This document shows positions 1 through 13,834 of a stretch of DNA of 64,000 bases, piece after piece. The DNA comes from Mobula hypostoma. Lineage: Eukaryota. The translations under genes and the position numbers were made by a program. The notes under the pieces are model-generated. The model was not told where the DNA came from, made no database searches, and saw only the letters and a list, made by a program, of their open reading frames with translations. How positions within the stretch are numbered: the first letter of the stretch is position 1; every line of letters begins with the position of its first letter. The stretch is taken from assembly GCF_963921235.1 (NCBI RefSeq), contig NC_086108.1:56236001-56300000 (forward strand), written 5' to 3'.

Positions 1-1890
1 ATATCATCAACACAGAGACGGTCCTAAATCATCACCACTCCACAGAGACTGTCCGATATCATCACCACTCCACAGAGACTTTCCTATATCATCACTACTC
101 CACTGAGACTGTCCTATATCATCACTACTCCACTGAGGCGGTCTAATATCATCACTACTCCACTGAGACTGCCCTATACCATCACCACTCCTTCAGAGAC
201 TGTGCTATATCATCACCGCTCCACAGAGACTGTCCTATATCATCACCACTCCACTGAGACTGTCCTAAATCATCACCACTGCTCAGAGACTGTCCTATAT
301 CATCACCACTCAACAGAGACTATCCTATATCATCACCACTTACACAGTGACTGTCCTAAATCATCTTCACCACTCTACAGAGACGGTCATACATCATCAC
401 TCCACTGAGACTGTCCTATATCATCACCACTGCACCGAGACTGTCGTATATCACCACCACTCCACAGAGACTGTTCAACTTCCTCACCACTCCGCCGAGA
501 CTGTCCTAAATTATCACCACTCCACAGAGACTGTTGTGCATCCTCACTACTCCACTGAGACTGTCCTAAATTATCACCACTCCACAAAGACTGTTGTACA
601 TCCTCACTACTCCACGAGATTGTCCTAAATTATCACCACTCCACAGAGACTGTTGTACATCCTCACTACTCCACCGAGACTGTCCTAAATAATCACCACT
701 CCACAGAGACTGTTCTATATCACCACCACTCCACAGAGACTGTTGAACTTCCTCACCACTCCACCGAGACTGTCCTAAATTATCACCACTCCACAGAGAC
801 TGTTGTACATCCTCACTACTCCACCGAGACGGTCCTAAATTATCACCACTCCACAGAGACTGTTGTACATCCTCACTACTCCACCAAGACTGTCCTAAAT
901 TATCGTCACTCCACAGAGTCTGTCCTATATTATTACCACTCCACAGAGACTGTCCTAAATCATCACCACTCTACAGAGACTGTCCTATATCACCACCACT
1001 CCACAGAGATTATCCTACATCATCACCACTCTGTAGAGACTGTCCAATATCATCACCGCTCCACAGAGACTGTCCAATATCATCACCTCTCCACAGAGAC
1101 TGTCCTATATCATCAGCACTCCACAGAGTCTGTCCTATATCATCACTACTCCACTGAGACGGTCTAATGTCATCACTACTCCACTGAGACTGCCCTATAT
1201 CATCACCACTCCTCAGAGACTGTCCTATATCATCACCACTCAACAGAGACTATCCTATATCATCACCACTCCACAGACACTGTCCGATATTATCACCACT
1301 CTACTGAGACTGTACTACGTCATCACCACTTACCAGTGACTGTCCTAAATGATCTTCACCACTCCACTAAGACTGTCCTATATCATCACCACTCCACAGC
1401 AACTGTCCGATATCATCACCACTCCACAGAGACTGTCCTAAATCATCTTCACCACTCTACAGGGACGGTCATACATCATCACTCCACTGAGACTGTCCTA
1501 TATCATCACCACTGCACCGAGACTGTCGTATATCACCACCACTCCACAGAGACTGTTGAACTTCCTCACCACTCCACCGAGACTGTCCTAAATTATCACC
1601 ACTCCACAGAGACTGTTGTACATCCTCACTTCTCCACCGAGACTGTCCTAAATTATCACCACTCCACAGAGACTGTTGTACATCCTCACTTCTCCACCGA
1701 GACTGTCCTAAATCATCACCACTCCACCGAGACTGTCCGATATCATTACTACTCCACTTAGACTGTCCTATATCATCACCAGTCCACCGGGACTGTCCAA
1801 AATCATCACCACTCCACTGAGACTGTACTATATCATCACTACTCCACTGAGACTGTCCTATATCATCACCACTCCACAGTTAATGTCCAG
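1..1890. repeat. 30-bp minisatellite (consensus ~CATCACCACTCCACAGAGACTGTCCTATAT) in the last intron of SGIP1; runs off the left edge
   Basis: About 60 imperfect tandem 30-nt units are directly visible. They produce the spurious HHHSTETVLY / SGDDIGQSLW ORFs, which are broken by indels and stops. Confidence 0.97.
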
Positions 1891-2491
1891 TTTCTTTCCA
1901 ACTTAGAAAACTTAGTTTTCGAACATGAGTAAGACCCTGACTATCACATTAGGTCAGGCAAGTACTGCCAGTTAATGGGATCATACAATCAAGCGGGAAA
2001 GCATCCACTGTCTTGCTACCCATCGTTCTGAAGCATATCATATTGCTAGCTGTCCAGAGTGAATGATTGTCACTTGCACTGAATGCCAGCCGGACTTACG
2101 TAAAATGAGAGCGCCCAAAATCACACGCTAAATACCCCAATATTACACACTACTGTCTCACCATTGGAATGGACAGGATCAATTCCTGAAAGGTCAAAGA
2201 CAGAAATTCGTTGGCACCCTCCTCAATCACACAGGTTACTCCAGTGATAGATGGTCTGAAACAAAGCATCTGTTCAGAGACTGCACTGAAGTTAGGGCAA
2301 TCAATCCAGAGAACTCCCAAGGAGATTCCAAGGACAAGTATCTACACTATGACCAGTTTGATACATTTCATGTCAATGTGGAATGAAGCTTCTATGCCTC
2401 TGCCGTAGACACTAATTCTCCATGTCAGCTGACATAGTTATTTACCAGAGTGTGTCATCAGTATTTCTTACTTAGTTATTTTCTTTTGCAG

Positions 2492-2514
2492 GGAAATATA
2501 TGGCTGACAACTGA
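2492..2514 (+). CDS. SGIP1: Last coding exon of SH3GL-interacting endocytic adaptor 1 (muniscin family), (G)KYMADN*
   Basis: Polypyrimidine tract ttattttcttttgcAG ends at 2491, then GG AAA TAT ATG GCT GAC AAC TGA. This matches the SGIP1 C-terminus as recalled (GKYLADN*). It lies upstream of DYNLT5 on the same strand, as in human. Confidence 0.85.
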
Positions 2515-4087
2515 AGTCTCACACCTCTGCCCGGTGTTCATTGCGACTCATCAGACAGCTTTTTAAACTCAGAATAGGAGTCATTAAAGACTGAACCCAT
2601 GAAACAAACTTTTACTCTCTGATTTTAAATTACTGTTCCATGTGGCTAGAATATTTCTAACAACAACTGGAAGTTGGAGTAACACCAGAAAGCGCCGAAC
2701 AGTATTACTATATGATTAATGTGACATTGGTAACATTTCGTACTTTACAGTGTAACAAATGTATTTGTAATTTGGTAATCACCTTCCCATACACTCATAA
2801 CTTCAAACGTCTGTATTCCAGCTTATAGGCATTTCAGAGACATCATTATTAACCTGCAGGCTATGCCTCTTTGAACATGTAGCATTGTATTTCAGTGGAA
2901 TTGTCCAAGAAAATATACTGTATTCTCTGAATTTTTAGCCCCTGAACTTACCAGTATTGATGCCAATTGTTTAAGTTTTATATATTAAAAAAATGTTGGA
3001 AACTTGTCCATTTTGATATCTCCCAGGTGATGATTGAGAATAATTTTGCCAAGCAATGCTATATTTTAGAGGGAAAGAGAGGCATAAAGAGGGAAGGTGT
3101 GCAATATTACAGGATAAATACTTTGTTTCCTCAAACAGAAATTCAGGCCTGTTAACTTTTTCAGAAGGAAAAATCCAATAAAATGTAAAAAGTGTCAGTC
3201 AAAGCTGACATTTCAGATGGGACCCTTCGGATGGGTTCTAAAATAATATCTTACAGCTGCAGATTAACTTATTATGCAGTTCCAATGTTAACATTCCAGT
3301 CTGAATGTTATGCCAGTTTCATGTCAGTACGAAAATTTACCAGATTCTAATGCGAATTCTAGTTTCAGCAGCTTCTTCAGAAATATTGCTTTGGTGATGT
3401 GGTTGCAATTTTTACAAAATAAAAGCAAAGTGTAGAAAATATGTTGTAATGTGAAAAAATGGATGTATTATCCACTTTGGATTTTCTTTTTATCTCTCAT
3501 GTGCATCCAGAAGTGTTTTCTCAAATAATCATAAAACAAATTTACAAATTTACACTTTTGTTAAAAATGCATTGTTTTAAAACTCAAGTCCTGTCCTGTT
3601 ACAAGGACCACATGAAATTGCTTTAAATGTGTAAATTAATATTTTCTCTACAAACTCTTGTCCCAGCCAAAGATTTGCATAACTATAAGTTAGTATTTGG
3701 TGGCACATGAATCTAAGCTGGAGTACCATACAAAGTGTGTGGATGATTATGAAGACAATCATTTTGCAGGTACTCCACAAAACATATTTCCATTTCAATC
3801 ACTGAAAAAAATCTTTTAAAAAATTAAAATGAAATCTGTTGAAATACAGGGTCAGTACAAACATCATTGCTACAAGGTTGGTGGTGATTCTTTGAATAGC
3901 TTATTTCTAGTGAGCTGGGAACTACACTTTGGTGACAACTTCTGAATGGGAGCAAAACATTCACCCTGTCGCTGAGAGCAGTAAGGTATGTTGCAAGGTG
4001 CGACTCAGGTACGTGGTTTTGACCCACGTCTCAGATGGTAAACCCAGCACAGGTGATGTCTTAAATGAAAGGGGTAACATCTTAGAG

Positions 4088-4168
4088 CAAGGGTTCCCAA
4101 CTTGGTGCCTGCGGACCCCTTGGTTAATGGTAAGGCTCCTTGGCATTAAAAAATATTGAGAACCCCTT
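4088..4168. mobile_element. Tiny hAT (Charlie-like) MITE
   Basis: Imperfect TIRs CAAGGGTTCCCAAC...ATTGAGAACCCCTT with 8-bp near-TSD TCTTAGAG (4080-4087) / TGTTAGAG (4169-4176). Confidence 0.6.
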
Positions 4169-4249
4169 TGTTAGAGGCTGGTTAATGTATGGTTGCTAGC
4201 AGGCCAAACAGCAGAGGTGTTACAGACTCCCTAAGAAGCCCAATGAAAC

Positions 4250-4868
4250 AAGTAGCTGATGGGGTTGTTAAGAAGGTGTTTGGTGTGTTGGCCTTCATTA
4301 GTCGGGAATTGAGTTCAAGAGCCACGAGTTAATGATGCAGCTCTATAAAGCCCAGGTTAGACCACACCTGGAATATCGTGTTCTGTTCTGATCCCCTCAT
4401 TATACGAAGGATGAGAAAACTTTCCGAGGAGATTTACCAAGATGCTGCCTGGATTCAAGAGCATGTCTTATGAGGATAGGTTGAGCGAGCTAGGGCAATT
4501 CTCTTTGGAACAAAGGAGGATGAGAGGGGACGATAGAGGAGAACAGGATGATAAGAGGCATAGATCGAGTGTATAGCCAGATACTTTTTCCCAAGGCAGA
4601 AATGGCTAATATGAGGGCAGATAGTTTTAAGGTGATTAGAGGAATATTTAGGGGAATGTTAGGGGTAGTTTTTTTTAAGAGAGTGGTGGGTGATTGAAAT
4701 GCCCGGTCAGGGGTGGTGGTTGAGGCAGATACATTAGGAGTATTTAAGAAACTCTTAGATAGGCACATGGATGATAGAAAATAGAGGGCTAGATTGATCT
4801 TAAAACAGATTAAAAGATTGGTATAACATTGTGGGCGGAAGGCCTGTACTGTGCTGTAATGTTCTATC
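4250..4868 (+). mobile_element. Decayed CR1 LINE 3' fragment
   Basis: Degenerate RT C-terminus (LYKA.VRPHLEY, RRFTKMLPG-like) and a CR1 tail ending gtgctgtaatgttctat, similar to other copies in the window. Confidence 0.85.
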
Positions 4869-6399
4869 ACCTGTGCAGACTAGCTGCTGAAACATCAAAT
4901 ACCAGTCAGCATTAGAAGAGCTGTGCCTGAGTGTGCCTCCACTTTTGAAGTCACCCACCAGCTGGAATGTACAATCTCAAGTGTTGCTGCTACACTTGGG
5001 GCTGAGAGATGGTTTTAAAGGAAATAATTTGTTCTGATGTTAAGTTACACTTCCAGTTGAAATCTTCCTTCAGCACTGATAAGGATAGAGCTGCAACACC
5101 TTTACAAGGCTGTCCCTTATTACACCATACACATTCTTCAGTTTATTTTGGAAATGAAAGAGAAAGTGTTTGTTCCTTGTTTTTTTTTTGGAACCATTGT
5201 GGCACTATTCTGCACAACTGTGCATTGTGAATGTACTTCTAGGGATTTGAGAAAAATAATCAGACCTGACCATTTCTAACTGTATTTTGCCTTATAGATT
5301 TGAATCTCCCTGTAGATATATCAATGTTCTCCTGAGTAGAGGCAACACTTGCAGTAAAAGTATGTGGTGCAAATTAAAGGTTTTGAACCCTGGACTGCAT
5401 CGATTAGTCTCAGCTGGACAAACGTTGAACTACTACAATTAGCCCTCATGTCCCATGTATTAGGCAGGGAAACATTGGCTCGGGACCTCATTCCTGATTA
5501 CTATGCAGTGGCACCGACTGAAGCGAGCACGTTTGTGGATGTTGAGTGGTTCACAGTCATGCTCACTGAATGATTCTGGATGTGATGAAAGATCATCAAC
5601 CTGAATCATTAATTCTGTTTCTCTCTCTGCAGATGCTGCCTGACCTGCTGAGTATTTCCAACACTTTAACTATTTTTATCTCACGCTCACTGCCATACCT
5701 TTCACGGTTTGATAGCTTGTCAACATTGATTGTCAGGTCAGCCACTATGAAGCACACACTGAATGGCTACTAGGGGTGAGGTACCTTTGGGCCTGTGTAA
5801 CCATATCCCAGCATGATGAGTCAACACCTTCAGAAGAGAGGGAGGAAACTGAAACAAAAATAAGAAATGGCTCCATTGATGTTGCGTGCTATTTTGTAAA
5901 TACTGATGTTTTTATATAAATATATATATACAAATATATATGTCATTCCCTCAGTGGCTGTTCTCCCTGTTGGTTCATTGCACATAATTATGAATATGCA
6001 ACTACGTTTTAATGTATTATGTATTAAAGAAATGGTCTGGCCATTTATAAATTTAAAATTCAAAATTCTATACAGTATGGAAATTGTACTGTAATAACTG
6101 TTTAAAATGTTAAATGTTGCTTTTTTTGAAATTGAAATAAAGTCTAAAAATTGAAATGTGGTCTATTTATAAATACCGTGTTTCTTTTGCACTTCCATTT
6201 TTCAGCTCTTTTAAAATCTGACAGAAGCACAGCACGCTGAACAATAGAACCTTTTCTTCTGCTCAGTCCTGAAAAAAAATCACCTGTCTGTACCAGGGAA
6301 AACCTCCTAATGAAATTTTCTCCACAATTCAGTTCAACATCGTAACTCATGTGTAGTAGAATGGGAAATTCTTGAACACTTAACACAATAGTGTGTCTC

Positions 6400-7045
6400 A
6401 AAGTTCAAAGTACATTTATTATAAAAATATGTATGTATTATACAACCTTGTGATTCATCTCCTAACTGGCAGCCATGAAACCAAAAAACCCAAAAGAACC
6501 CATAAAAGTAAGAAGACCATCGAACACCCAATGTGCAGAGAGAAAGAAAAAACTAATCATTCAAACAGTAAACGCAGGCAAATAATGTTCAGAACTGAAT
6601 TCCGCAGAGAGTTTAGCACAAAGCCAAGTAAACATCACGGAGTAGTGAGCTGAACTGACCCTTGCCTCGGGCCCCGACACACTGACCTTTTCAGTCTGGC
6701 CCGACCCCTAAGTGGTCGTCCGAGCATTGAGTTCAGTTGCTTCAGTATGCTCTGGGGCCTGGACCCCAGCACCTCAATTTGGCCTGTACACAACCTTTCC
6801 GATTTGGCTCAGTGCTTGAATCGATCAAACCTCAGATCCTCTCTTTCGGTAACAGGCCCGCTGCCTCACCTCGTCACAGTTCGGCCACATGGAATAGCCT
6901 CCAAGTCCAAAGGGAAGTTACGGACTATTGTTTGTGATGATTGTTTACCAGAAAAAGTGTGATTAAAAAGTATTTAGTTGTATTCCTTGTTTCAATAGCC
7001 ACCAGCCAGAAGTCACTGAGATTCGCCAGTACCATTTTAACCAGA
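6400..7045 (-). mobile_element. Non-autonomous retroposon, related to the copy at 37565-38852
   Basis: Shares aagttcaaag..catttatt..gattcatctcct..ggca.cca..aaa.caa.aaacccaaaagaaccc and later blocks with 37570ff. The minus-strand tail is AATAAA..tttgaactt. Confidence 0.6.
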
Positions 7046-7339
7046 CACAAGAGCAGAATTAGTTACTTGCACTGGTAGAAACAAGAATACTTTACCAAAC
7101 AGGAGATGGAAAATTATTCAGATATAAACTGTAAAAGCCATTACAGCTAACAACCTTTTACTGAATCTTAAATTTGACAAAATGTAATTTTCCATTAAGG
7201 TTTAGTGCATGAGATATTTTAGTTTCCCAAAGCTATCAAATGATATGTTAAATTTTTAATGTAATAAGTAATGTTACAACATTCACAGGAATGCAGCAAA
7301 GCTTTAGCAATTTTCGACTCAGGAGTTAGCAAAGGTAAT

Positions 7340-7710
7340 AAAGTTCAAAGTAAACTTATTATAAAGGTACATATATGTCACCATAATACAACCCTGAGAT
7401 TCATTTTCTTGTGAGCATACTCAATAAACCTATAATAGAATAACAACCATCACAGAATCAATGGAAGACGACACCAACTTGAGTATTCTACCAATGTGCA
7501 AAAGACAACACTCTGTGCAAATACAAAAAGAAAGAAATAATAATGATGATGTTAAATGTTGAGCTGTAATCGATAAAGAGCATCCTGATGTATGCATCAT
7601 TGCAATGTTATGTTCCAGGGTTGAGTGAAGAGACAATGAGATGGCATCTGCTGTGGACCTGTTACTCTGGTCAGCAAATTGGAGTAGATCCAAGTCGCTT
7701 CTCAGGCAGG
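7340..7710 (-). mobile_element. Rex1/Babar-like LINE remnants
   Basis: ORF 7430..7693 carries LQFA..NRSTADAISLSLH..IDYSSA-like RT motifs; minus-strand tttgaactt tail. Confidence 0.65.
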
Positions 7711-8839
7711 AAGTAATAGCTTAATATACTGTTTGTATAATTATTAAATTCAATGAATCCAACCAAGAGGGCTCATGGTAAGTGATTACAGTACAACTTT
7801 GGGAGTTAGTTTCTTATCGAACCACCAATTCAGGCAGGTCTGCCCAATTCTTTGGAGGTAGTTTAATGGAAGACAGATCCGGCCATGAGGCAGAACGGTA
7901 GCAGAAAGTGATGTGATATACAGTCTCTCCAGCCTACCACAACACACCTCCTCAGCCCCAGAGCCTGAATCATCCATGTCATCCATCTGTAAGTCCCTTC
8001 CTCCTATCATTTTTATATTGTCCCCACTCCTTCAATTCTCCTATTGCTTTTCCTACTCAACCCATCACCAAATACCTCCAGATTCCTATGGTACCACCAC
8101 TTTCTCTCATTAATCCTTTCTATCTCACAGAAAGTAAGGAAGGTGGTGTCTGCGGACGAGTGTGGTATAGAAACAGGTGGAACAGAAGTTCAAGTCAAGT
8201 CACGATTGTTGTCCTGTGCACAAGCATAGTGAGGAGCAGGTACAGTGAAAAACCCACTTGCACCAGCATTAAAGGCACATAGGTCGAGACAACACAGAGA
8301 ATGTAAATTATAGACAGTGAAGAAAGACAGAAAAAAGTATGTGCGAAAGAAAAAATAGAATCAGAGACAAGTTTATGTTAGTGCAAGAGTAATTCATAGC
8401 ACTCCATTGCTGAGATTGGATTAAGGTGATGGAGGTTGGTTCACAAGCTAGTTTAGGAGATGTCTGACAATTCCATATCATTACCTTTTCTTGTACTTAT
8501 TCTCTCTTAGGGAAAATAAGTAGAGACAAAGATATTTAAATCAAATGCACCTGCAGAAACAGATAGCTGCTGGGTTAGAAGAGACAGTTCAGAAGCTGGG
8601 AAATTTGTAAAAGAGTACCACTGTGTGGCCATAGCATACAACAACATCCTGGGCTCAAAATGATTTCCAATATTACAGGTAGAGCTTTAGATGTTGTTTA
8701 AAATCGTGTTAGAATGCCAAATTTTAACAGTGTGGGAAATGCTTGCATGTAAATACTTCTTTCAGACCTGTCAACACAGTAATATCCTCTGGAATTTTCA
8801 ATGGAAAACAAATATTACAAGATTCATTGTGCAGGAAGT

Positions 8840-9150
8840 GAATGTAATACAATAACTGACTAGGCAAGGGCATGGCAAATGGAATACAACATAATGAAAT
8901 GAAAAGTCAGCCATTTTGTGGGAAAAATCAGGAATGTAGAGTATTTTTCAAATGGTCTGGGAATGAAACTCACAGGAATCTGAATGCTTGCACACAAATC
9001 CCGGAACTTAATGTGCAGATGCAGAAAACAAGTGGTGAGGCTAACTGCATTTTGGCTTTATTGCAAGAATAAAGGCATTATACTGCATTATAGGGCACTG
9101 ATCAGATCACAAATGGAATCTTATGTGCAGGCCACATCTTGTTGTTTAAG
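8840..9150 (+). mobile_element. Highly decayed CR1 fragment
   Basis: Degenerate W.M.YN..K...HF / LNVQMQK...ANCILA-like RT segment. Confidence 0.5.
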
Positions 9151-9159
9151 GTAAGTCTA

Positions 9160-10238
9160 GTTCCATGGGACCATTACCCATTTACAGAACCTGGGCCTCT
9201 GTACCTCCCTCTGCAATTGGATCCTCGACTTCCTAACTGGAAGACCAGAATCTGTGCAGATTGGTGATAACATCTCCTCCTCGCTGATGATCAACACTGG
9301 TGCACCTCCGGGGGGTGTGCTTAGCTCACTGCTCTACTCTCTCTATACCCATGACTGTGTGGCTAGGCATAGCTCAAGTACCATCTATAAATTTGCTGAT
9401 GATACAAATATTGTTGATAGAATCTCAAATGGAGACAAGAGGGCGTACAGGAGCGAGAAATGCCAACTAGTGGAATGGTATCGCAGCAACAACCTGGCAC
9501 TCAACATCATTAAGACGAAAGAGCTGATTGTGGACTTCAGGAAGGGTAAGACGAAGGAACACATACCAATCCTCAGAGGACCTAACCTGGTCCCGACATA
9601 TCAATGCAGTTATAAAGAAGGCAAGACAGTGACTATACTTCATTAGGAGTTTGAAGAGATTTGGTATGTCAACAATCACATTTAAAAACTTCTATAGATG
9701 TACCATGGAGAGCATTCTGACAGGTTGCATCAGTGTCTGGTATGGGGAGGCTACTGCACAGGACTGAAAGAAGCTGCAGAGGGCTGTAAATTTAGTCAGC
9801 TTCATCTTGGGCACTAGCCTACAAAGTACCCAGGACATCTTCAAGAACTGGTGTCTCAGAAAGGCAGAGTCTATTAGTAAGGACTTCCAGCACCCAGGAC
9901 ATGCCTTTTTCTCACTGTTACCATTAGGTAGCAGGTACAGAAGCCTGAAGGCACACACTCAATGATTCAGAAACAGCTTCTTCCCCTCTGCCATCCAATT
10001 CCTAAATGGACATTGAACCTGTAAACACTAACTCACTTTTTAAATATATATTATTTCTGTTTTTGCACGAATTTTAATCTATTCAATATACGTACACTGT
10101 AATTGATTTACTTATTTACTATTATTAATTTTTCTTCTTGTATATTATGCATTGCATTGTGCTGCTGCTGCTAAGTTAACAAATTTCATGACACATGCCA
10201 GTGATAATAAACCTGATTCTAATTCTGAATCTGATTCT
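9160..10238 (+). mobile_element. Rex1/Babar-like LINE, 5'-truncated and decayed
   Basis: ORF 9254..9646 has [17 protein letters not shown] and KFADDT RT motifs plus [15 protein letters not shown]. The 3' end is AATAAACCT followed by (GATTCT)n. Confidence 0.9.
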
Positions 10239-10309
10239 AACTATCCACATACACTGTACCTTTAGTTAACAAAACTCTATAGCTCTCAGAAGCAAAGTGA
10301 CATTACTTT

Positions 10310-12770
10310 GGCCACACATAGACTGGGAAACCCATTCTGTAAAAGGGCTGGATGGTTTGGAGTTCGTACAATGTGTGCAGGGTAGTTTTTTGCAGCAATG
10401 CATGGAGGTACCAACTAGAGAAGGGGCAGTGTTGGATCTCCTGTTAGGGAATGAGCTAGGCGAGGTGACGGAGGTTTGTGTTGGGGAGCGCTTCGGGTCC
10501 AGTGATCACAATGACATTAGTTTCAATATAATTATGGAGAAGGATAGGACTGGACCCAGGGTTGAGATTTTTGATTGGAGAAAGGCTAAATCCGAAGAGA
10601 TGCGAAAGGATTTAGAAGGAGTGGATTGGGACAATTTGTTTTATGGAAAGGATGTAATAGAGAAATGGAGGTCACTTAAAGGTGAAATTTTGAGGGTACA
10701 GAATCTTTATGTTCCTGATAGGTTGAAAGGAATGGTTAAAAGTTTGAGAGCACCACGGTTTTCAAGGGATATTGGAAACTTGGTTCGGGAAAAGAGAGAG
10801 ATCTACAATAAATATAGGCAGCATGGAGTAAATGAGGTGCTCGAGGAATATAAAGAATGTAAAAAAAATCTTAAGAAAGAAATTAGAAAAGCTAAAAGAA
10901 GATATGAGGTTGCTTTGGCAAGTAAGGTGAAAATAAATCCAAAGGGTTTCTACAGTTATATTAATAGCAAAAGGATAGTGAGGAATAAAATTGGTCCCTT
11001 AGAGAATCAGAGTGGACAGCTATGTGTGGAACCAAAAGAGATGGGGGAGATTTTGAACTAATTCTTTTCTTCAGTATTCACTAAGGAGAAGGATATTGAA
11101 TTGTGTAAGGTAAGGGAAACAAGTAGGGTAGTTATGGAAAGTGTGATGATTAAAGAAGAGGAAGTACTGGCGCCTTTAAGGAATATAAAAGTGGATAAGT
11201 CTCCGGGTCCTGACAGGATATTCCCTAGGACCTTGAGGGAAGTTAGTGTGGAAATAGCAGGGGCTTTGACAGAAATATTTCAAATGTCCTTAGAAACAGG
11301 GATGGTGCCAGAGGATTTGCGTATTGCTCATGTTGTTCCATTGTTTAAAAAGGGTTCCAAGATTAAACCTAGCAATTATCGCCCTGAGAGTTTGACATCA
11401 GTGGTCAGTAAATTGATGGAAAGTATTCTTAGAGATGGTATATATAAGTATCTGGATAGACAGGGTCTGATTAGGAACAGTCAACATGGATTTGTGCATG
11501 GAAGGTCATGTTTGACAAACCTTATTGAATTTTTTTGAAGAGGTTACTAGGAAAGTTGACGAGAGTAAAGCAGTGGATATTGTCTACATGGACTGCAGTA
11601 AAGCCTTTGACAAGGTTCCACACGGAAAGTTAGTTAGGAAGGTTCAATCGTTAGGTATTAATATTGAAGTAGTAAAATGGATTCAGCAGTGGCTGGATGA
11701 GAGACACCAGAGAGTGGTGGTGGATAACTGTTTGTCAGATTGGAGGCCGGTGACTAGTGGTGTGCCTCAGGGATCTGTACTGGGTCCAATATTCTTTGTC
11801 ATATATATTAATGATCTGGATGATGGGGTGGTAAATTGGATTACTAAGTATGCAGATGATACTAAGATAGGTGGAGTTGTGGATAATGAAGTTGGTTTTC
11901 ATAGCTTGCAGAGAGATTTAGGCCAGTTAGAAGAGTGGGCTGAAAGATGGCAGATGGAGTTTAATGCTGATGAATGTGAGGTGCTACATTTTGGTAGGAC
12001 TAATCAAAATAGGACATACATGGTAAATGGTAGGGCATTGAAGAATGCAGTAGAACAGAGGGATATAGGAATAATGGTGTATAGTTCCCCGAAAGTGGAA
12101 TCTCATGTGGATAGGGTGGTGAAGAAAGCTTTTGGTATGCTGGCCTTTATAAATCAGAGCATTGAGTATAGGAGTTGGGATGTAATGTTGAAATTGTACA
12201 AGGCATTGGTGAGGCCAAATTTGGAGTATTGTGTACAGTTCTGGTCACCGAATTATAGGAAAGATGTCAACAAAATTGAGAGAGTACAGAGAAGATTTAC
12301 TAGAATGTTACCTGGGTTTCATCTCCTAAGTTACAGAGAAAGGTTGAACAAGTTGGGTCTTTATTCTTTGGAGCATAGAAGGTTGGGGGGGGGGAACTTT
12401 ATAGAAGTATTTAAAATTATGAGGGGGATAGATAGAGTTGACATGGATAGACTTTTTCCATTGAGAGTGGGGGAGATTCAAACAAGAGGGCATGAGTTGA
12501 GAGTTAAAGGGCAAAAGTTTACGGGTAACATGAGGGGGAACTTCTTTACTCAGAGAGTGGTAGCTGTGTAGAACGAGCTTCCAGCAGAAGTGGTTGATGC
12601 AAGTTCGATGCTGTAATTTAAAGTTAAATTGGATAGCTATATGGACAGGAAAGTAATGGAGGGTTATGGGCTGAGTTCAGGTCAGTGGGACTAGGTGAGA
12701 GTAAGAGTTCGGCATGGACTAGAAGGGCCAAGGTGGCCTGTTTCCGTGCTGTAATTGTTATACGGTTATA
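10310..12770 (+). mobile_element. CR1 LINE ORF2 (end of endonuclease through RT to 3' tail), stop/frameshift-disrupted
   Basis: ORFs 10297..11061, 11101..11538 and 11525..12571 carry [62 protein letters not shown]. Confidence 0.96.
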
Positions 12771-13834
12771 TTTGCCCCAACAATACAAGTTCAGAAGCAT
12801 AGTGGTTAAATGACATTCAAAGGACAGAACCATTAATCCAGAGACACAAGTTTAAATCCCTCTTAAATTGATTATTGTAAAATTGAAAAGATATGTTTAT
12901 TTATTTGTAATTTTTTAAAATGTGAATTCATCCTCAAGTAATAAAATGGTTTCAACAAAGTCTGCAATAGAACAGTTAAAATGATGGACTAATGTTATTT
13001 TCTTACTGTACTTTCAGACTCTTAGTTGTTCAGCAGGAACTTTCACTAAAAAAATGGACCATCACGTCCGACTTTCTATCTACGTTTCAGGGAATGAAAA
13101 TCCAAATAAGATAAGAAAAACAGAAATCCTTTTCTGTTTTTAAAGCTTTATTCACCCCTGCCTGTACTCCTACGGTTTCTAAATAAATAGGGCACGTTCA
13201 AATGGTTAGCACCCTGCCACAAATTGCATTCAGGCAGCAAGAAGTAATGGTCATCAGTGTAGTAATAGCCACATATCGTTTCACAATATTCAATTATATA
13301 TATAGGCCAGAACGTGTACGATAACTCCCGCATTCTTTTCTGAAAATGTAATAGGATCATTTGTCAGTGTTAAAGAGGCCAAGATTGCCAACGTTAAAGG
13401 TATTCCATCTGTCTCTTTTTCCTTACACATTGACCGTGATTTCTCTTTCTAGTCTTTGATAAATTGCCGACCACAGCTCGTCCTAACCAGTTTCCTATCG
13501 CCTCCTCTGCAAGTTAAAATATATTTTATCTCTTCCCTGCTTTTGGCGAATAGAGTCTGACTAGAGTGTTAAGCATCTTTCTCTTTCTGCAGATGCTGCC
13601 TGACCTTTAGTGTTTCCGACAACGTCGGTTTTAATTCCAGACCAGGTTAAGATTAATGTCTCTTCCAGGATTATAACAAATGACCATCTGGACTGTTATG
13701 CATAAGACACGCGTGAATCGGAGACTCTCACGAGCATCAATGCTATCAGCTCATCCGCCGCAGAGTCAAAAAAAAGTTAAAGGAGAACTCAAAACTTAAT
13801 TGGTTACTACTCTACAAGGTACCAGTTTACGAGG

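Larger units (their letters stand above)
2515..6160 (+). other. SGIP1: Putative long SGIP1 3'UTR with candidate polyA signals (AATAAA 3177-3182, 3418-3423, 6136-6141)
   Basis: AT-rich, mostly repeat-poor sequence after the stop. The distal block 5880-6141 is rich in TGTA/TATTT motifs typical of neuronal 3'UTR ends and finishes in AATAAA. The real transcript end is inferred. Confidence 0.5.

Noticed and set aside
202..1761. His-rich ORFs (HHHSTETVLY)n and antisense (SGDDIGQSLW)n as real proteins
   Set aside because: They are by-products of a 30-bp minisatellite, with non-ATG starts, frameshifts, stops and no splice support.
1..1890. CRISPR-like array
   Set aside because: The units are head-to-tail without unique spacers, the context is eukaryotic, and no cas genes are present.
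10297..12571. Active RT gene or retron/DGR-like system
   Set aside because: Ordinary CR1 ORF2, 5'-truncated and broken by a stop and a frameshift. The same applies to 44843-47545, 48025-49233 and 53313-56215.
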